DNA of 64,000 nucleotides. Source: an uncultured bacterium (GTDB lineage: Bacteria > Patescibacteriota > Minisyncoccia > Moranbacterales > UBA2206). The DNA lies in the NCBI GenBank assembly GCA_903841185.1, contig CAIMIV010000042.1, positions 11,319-75,318 on the forward strand, written 5' to 3'. Below the pieces are notes generated by a model. The model was given only the letters and a program-made list of their open reading frames with translations, was not told the DNA's origin and did no database searches. A program made the translations under genes and the position numbers. Positions 60,405-64,000 of this stretch are shown piece after piece; positions within the stretch are counted from its first letter, which is position 1; each line of letters starts with the position of its first letter.

Positions 60405-61382
60405 ATGATAAACAATGAAGTTAAGGGTGGAATAGAAGGAGGCATTAATTATCTCCCTTTTGGTGAGAGAATTCCTGATTTGCAATATCAAGAATTGCTT
60501 AAAAAAATTAAAACAATAGGAAAAGATAAGGTACCTATTCATGCAAGACTTGATGAAAATGCTAATTCCGGTCATCAGAATTCAAAAGAAATAACAGGAG
60601 CTATGTTGCAATTTGAAATGAATAATGGTTTTCCTGTTTTGACAGAGCGTGATTTGAGTAAATCATTTTATGGATCAATAGGCGAACTGGTGGCGTTTTT
60701 AAATGGACAAAGCACATTGAGTGGTTTGAAAGAATATGGTTGCCCGGAAGTTTTTTGGAGAGATTGGGTTACAAAGGAAAAATGTGCAATATTTGGTTTG
60801 CCAGAGGGTGATTTGGGCGATGGATCCTATGGAGCTTCTCTGGGGTGTTTTCAATCCGCAAAAGGAGAATTTGATCAAATCAGTGCTGTTCAAAGGCAAA
60901 TGGAAAAAATGCCGTTTCTAAGAACTCACGTTCTGACGACATGGAATCCACCGCTATCAATGGGGGATGAAGAACAAGGCTTCAAGCGCAAAGTTGTTGT
61001 CGCTCCTTGTCACGGCAATTTCATTCATTTCGTACTTTTTGATGAGCAAAAAGAATTAGAAATGACACATACACAGCGATCAGCTGACGTTCCGGTAGGC
61101 TTGCAGTTCAATCTTATTGAATGGTCCGCTCTCGGACTAATGGTGGCACATCTGTTGGGTTATAAATTTACTAAGTATACTCACTTCCTATCCAATCCGC
61201 ATTATTATGACGTTCAAGCCGAATCTGTGGATAAAATTTTGGCCATTGAGCCAAGTCCTTTTCCAACGGTGACACTGAAACCAAATAGGAAAGTTACAAG
61301 GCTCCAGGATTTTCGTAAAGAGGATTTTGTGCTTGAAGATTATGATCCAAATCCTTGGTTTAAAATTCCGACACCGGTATAG
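60405..61382 (+). CDS. thyA: Thymidylate synthase, divergent
   Basis: GFPVLT, GDLG..YG, VAPCH, QRSADVPVGLQFN, HYY. Confidence 0.88.
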   Translation: MINNEVKGGIEGGINYLPFGERIPDLQYQELLKKIKTIGKDKVPIHARLDENANSGHQNSKEITGAMLQFEMNNGFPVLTERDLSKSFYGSIGELVAFLNGQSTLSGLKEYGCPEVFWRDWVTKEKCAIFGLPEGDLGDGSYGASLGCFQSAKGEFDQISAVQRQMEKMPFLRTHVLTTWNPPLSMGDEEQGFKRKVVVAPCHGNFIHFVLFDEQKELEMTHTQRSADVPVGLQFNLIEWSALGLMVAHLLGYKFTKYTHFLSNPHYYDVQAESVDKILAIEPSPFPTVTLKPNRKVTRLQDFRKEDFVLEDYDPNPWFKIPTPV

Positions 61383-61409
61383 GTCAAATAATTTACAAAT
61401 ATTATTGAT

Positions 61410-61850
61410 ATGAATAAAAGCGGATTAGACTTAAAGAATGCTCGCAAGGAGGAGCAGATTGCAGTGATGAAAAAAATTATTTCTGACGGAGTGTGTCCTT
61501 TTTGTCATGATTTTGTTGATAAAGAAAAACCAGCTTATCATTCCAATCCTGTTTTAGTAGAGACTGATTTTTGGGTGGTAACGAGAAATGCTTGGCCGTA
61601 TGAGCACACAAAAGAACATTTAATCCTTGTGATTAAACGCCATATTCTAACTCCCGAGGAGATGAAAAGTGAAGAGATTTTGGATTTATGGAATATTATT
61701 AAAAAAGTCAAGCAAGAACTTAAGATAACTCATAGTACTTTCTTGATGCGTTCGGATAGCACTGGTATGACAGGTGCAACCGTTCAGCATTTGCATGCCC
61801 AATTGGTTGTTGCTGGTGGCAAGGAACCGGTCATTACGAGGGTCGGCTAG
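61410..61850 (+). CDS. HIT-family nucleotide hydrolase
   Basis: CPFC, NAWPY, GATVQHLHAQ (HxHxQ). Confidence 0.85.
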   Translation: MNKSGLDLKNARKEEQIAVMKKIISDGVCPFCHDFVDKEKPAYHSNPVLVETDFWVVTRNAWPYEHTKEHLILVIKRHILTPEEMKSEEILDLWNIIKKVKQELKITHSTFLMRSDSTGMTGATVQHLHAQLVVAGGKEPVITRVG

Positions 61851-61870
61851 GATTGCAAGTTTATGAATTT

Positions 61871-61905
61871 AAAAAGCCCGTCGGTAAAACCGATGGGCTT
61901 TTTTT
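61871..61905. terminator. Bidirectional intrinsic terminator
   Basis: aaaaagcccgtcgg-taaaa-ccgatgggcttttttt. Confidence 0.8.
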
Positions 61906-61915
61906 GCATCCCGTG

Positions 61916-62770
61916 CTATTTAACCAAAATAAGTTCAATCCCGGCATTCTTGAGAATATCTTCAGCATCAGAAAGGGAATAACCACTTTCGTAATAAACT
62001 TTTTTGATGCCAGCTTCTGCTACCAGTTTGGCGCAAGTTGGGCAAGGAAACGTGGTAACATACAAATTAGTGTTATTTAGACTGATTCCGTCTCTAGCAG
62101 CTTTTCCGACTAGGGATGCTTCTGCATGAATAGAATTGGATAAATGATGATTTTCTCCGGCATCAAAGCACATTCTCAAGTCTCCATAAACAGCCATGTT
62201 TTCTTGGGTGGGCACATGGCGATTGAATGCCGAAAGTATGATGGAGCCTTTTGTGTCTGTGATGAGAGCACCAATTTGCCTCCACCAATTGGCACTTTTT
62301 TCTTTTAGCGCCTTGGCTTTGCTCATGAGCTCTGCATGTGCTTTTTCCTGTGTAATGATTCTGTCGCTGGAAACTTCCAGCTCTTGGGTGGACACCGGCT
62401 TGTTCCATCTCAAGAAGACATTTTCAAATTCAACTTTTTCATGCGGAAGGAATTCTTTTGCAAACCAATGAGACACATCCTCATCTGGCATAACAATAAC
62501 AATATTTTCCTCTTTTGCGTTCTTCAAATCACTTAAATTATCTAATGTCAATAAATCAACTTTTTTTAAGATAGCTGATTTTTTAATGAAATGATAAATA
62601 GTCTCTTGATCAATTGACCGTAAATCTCTTTTTAGGTTTTCAAATTTGTCCCATTTTTTCAGAATGGTGTCATCCAGAATATAAAGATGATCTGGATATT
62701 TTTTGAATAATTCTAGGTATTTAATGTGAATAACAGGAACCAAAGCGATTAAGATTTTTTTTTCAGACAT
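61916..62770 (-). CDS. dCMP-deaminase-family protein with an extra ~140-aa N-terminal domain
   Basis: RQIGA, IHAEA, TTFPCPTCAK, GIKKVYY. Confidence 0.85.
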   Translation of the reverse strand: MSEKKILIALVPVIHIKYLELFKKYPDHLYILDDTILKKWDKFENLKRDLRSIDQETIYHFIKKSAILKKVDLLTLDNLSDLKNAKEENIVIVMPDEDVSHWFAKEFLPHEKVEFENVFLRWNKPVSTQELEVSSDRIITQEKAHAELMSKAKALKEKSANWWRQIGALITDTKGSIILSAFNRHVPTQENMAVYGDLRMCFDAGENHHLSNSIHAEASLVGKAARDGISLNNTNLYVTTFPCPTCAKLVAEAGIKKVYYESGYSLSDAEDILKNAGIELILVK

Positions 62771-62787
62771 CCGTGTGATATAAGAAA

Positions 62788-63375
62788 TTATAGCTTATTG
62801 TTGTATAAGAAATTTTCTATTGATTTTTGTAATTCTTTTGCCAGATCTTCACCTCCTTTAATGGTTAGTAATCTAATTCGTGCAGTAGTGGAAGTTGTTG
62901 ATTGCGGCTTCAAGTTGATAATTTTTTTACAGAACTTGCTGTGTTCTTCTTTTACATCTTCAAAAAAACTCTTGTCCTTCTTATTGGATGCCGTGGATTC
63001 TGATATGACAAGAATATCTGGTTTGATAGTCCTAATCAATTTTCCATGATCTGTTTTTGATTCTTTCATGACAATCAAATCGACATGTTTCAAATGGGAG
63101 ATCATCTTGACCCTTTCTTTTTCCGGAACTATAGGACGATTAGGACCCTTGCGATATTTCACTACTTCATCAGTATCAACAGCCACAATTAACACGTCTC
63201 CAAGCTTTTTGGCTTTTTGAAGATATTGAGCGTGTCCTTCATGAATAAGATCCCACACGCCTTGTGTTAATACGATTTTGTAATTATTCTTCTTGAGAAT
63301 GGTTGCTATTTTGCCTATATCTTTTGTGGGAATAAGTCTTCCACTTCCCAAAATACCTGATATTGTAGTATTCAT
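62788..63375 (-). CDS. Cytidylyl/adenylyltransferase family protein (RfaE/TagD-like)
   Basis: TQGVWDLIHEGH, KGPNRPI, ER, TSTTARI. Confidence 0.85.
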   Translation of the reverse strand: MNTTISGILGSGRLIPTKDIGKIATILKKNNYKIVLTQGVWDLIHEGHAQYLQKAKKLGDVLIVAVDTDEVVKYRKGPNRPIVPEKERVKMISHLKHVDLIVMKESKTDHGKLIRTIKPDILVISESTASNKKDKSFFEDVKEEHSKFCKKIINLKPQSTTSTTARIRLLTIKGGEDLAKELQKSIENFLYNNKL

Positions 63376-63512
63376 AAGCGCTTGCAGTTATCATTTTTTT
63401 GTATAGTTATACTAGCACTTAGATATAATATTGGCAATACATTACCTTTTTGGTATAATAAATCAATAGACTTATTATACAACAGGTTTAATAACAAAGA
63501 TTAAGAAATAAT

Positions 63513-63986
63513 ATGATTTCACTTATCGTAGCGGTTGGAAAAAATAGGGCAATTGGACGTAATAACCAGTTGCTGTGGAACATTCCCGAGGACATGGCTC
63601 ATTTCAAAAAGATTACTACCGGCCACACGGTGATTATGGGGGACAGAACTTATCTTTCCATCGGCAAACCGTTGCCGAATCGAAAAAATATTGTTGTGAC
63701 ATTGAACAAAGATTTTGTGGCGGCTGGTTGTGAGGTGAGATTTGATTTGGATGAGGTTTTGCGAGAATATAAAAATAGTGCTGAAGAAGTTTTTATCATT
63801 GGCGGAGGAATAATTTATAAACTAGCTTTGCCAATGGTGGATAAATTGTACCTGACGGTGGTGGACGACGCTCCGGCAGATGCAGACACCTTCTTCCCGG
63901 ACTATGCCGAGTTTAGTCAGGTTATCAAGGAGGAGCAGGCGGATAATGGAGAGTATAAATTTTCCTTTCTAGAATTAACGAAATGA
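63513..63986 (+). CDS. folA: Dihydrofolate reductase
   Basis: IG..NQLLWNIPED, MG.RT..SIGKPLPNR, IIGGG, DTFFP. Confidence 0.95.
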   Translation: MISLIVAVGKNRAIGRNNQLLWNIPEDMAHFKKITTGHTVIMGDRTYLSIGKPLPNRKNIVVTLNKDFVAAGCEVRFDLDEVLREYKNSAEEVFIIGGGIIYKLALPMVDKLYLTVVDDAPADADTFFPDYAEFSQVIKEEQADNGEYKFSFLELTK

Positions 63987-64000
63987 AATAGCCTATGAAA

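Noticed and set aside
60405-61382. dCMP hydroxymethylase for base modification
   Set aside because: The specificity residue is Asn (LQFN), as in dUMP-using ThyA, not Asp.
59104-62770. AvcID or dCTP-deaminase defence system
   Set aside because: Kinases and deaminase are separate genes on opposite strands and sit with thyA and folA.
435-63049. Numerous short overlapping ORFs in the six-frame track
   Set aside because: They overlap well-supported genes in other frames or strands and show no motifs.
1-64000. Alternative genetic code, DGR or retron
   Set aside because: TGA ends conserved genes (mraY, dfx, folA), and there is no reverse transcriptase or TR/VR pair in the window.

Overview
Bacterial chromosomal window using the standard code (TGA is a stop). 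Gene content suggests Patescibacteria/CPR, probably Parcubacteria (inference): short ProRS, archaeal-type AspRS, group 3b-like [NiFe] hydrogenase, giant S74-chaperone surface protein, and rplK-rplA without rplJL. Housekeeping genes include proS, aspS, scpAB, mraY, pgk, rmuC, prmC, gap, secE-nusG-rplK-rplA, thyA, folA, tRNA-Ala and tRNA-Ile. The main discovery is an integron-like locus at 22955-29972. It has an IntI-like tyrosine recombinase that lacks the integron-specific insertion, an attI-like site and four 175-220 bp branched attC-like sites with compensatory changes and an internal TATAAT. Each cassette is bracketed by its own 23-130 bp inverted repeat reaching toward or into the cargo ORF. 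Other notable signals: a ~160-nt structured element in three copies whose last hairpin pairs with the start codon of nusG, rplK and hypA; 16-31 bp palindromes with an empty/filled site pair; heptamer-repeat tracts inserted in frame in prmC and hypF; a MITE; a GIY-YIG gene beside a scrambled tRNA-Ile copy; a MurL-MurD fusion next to an altered D-aminoacylase; a leader-peptide attenuator; and an unusual thymidylate cluster. All calls come from reading the sequence by eye; no searches or folding were run.
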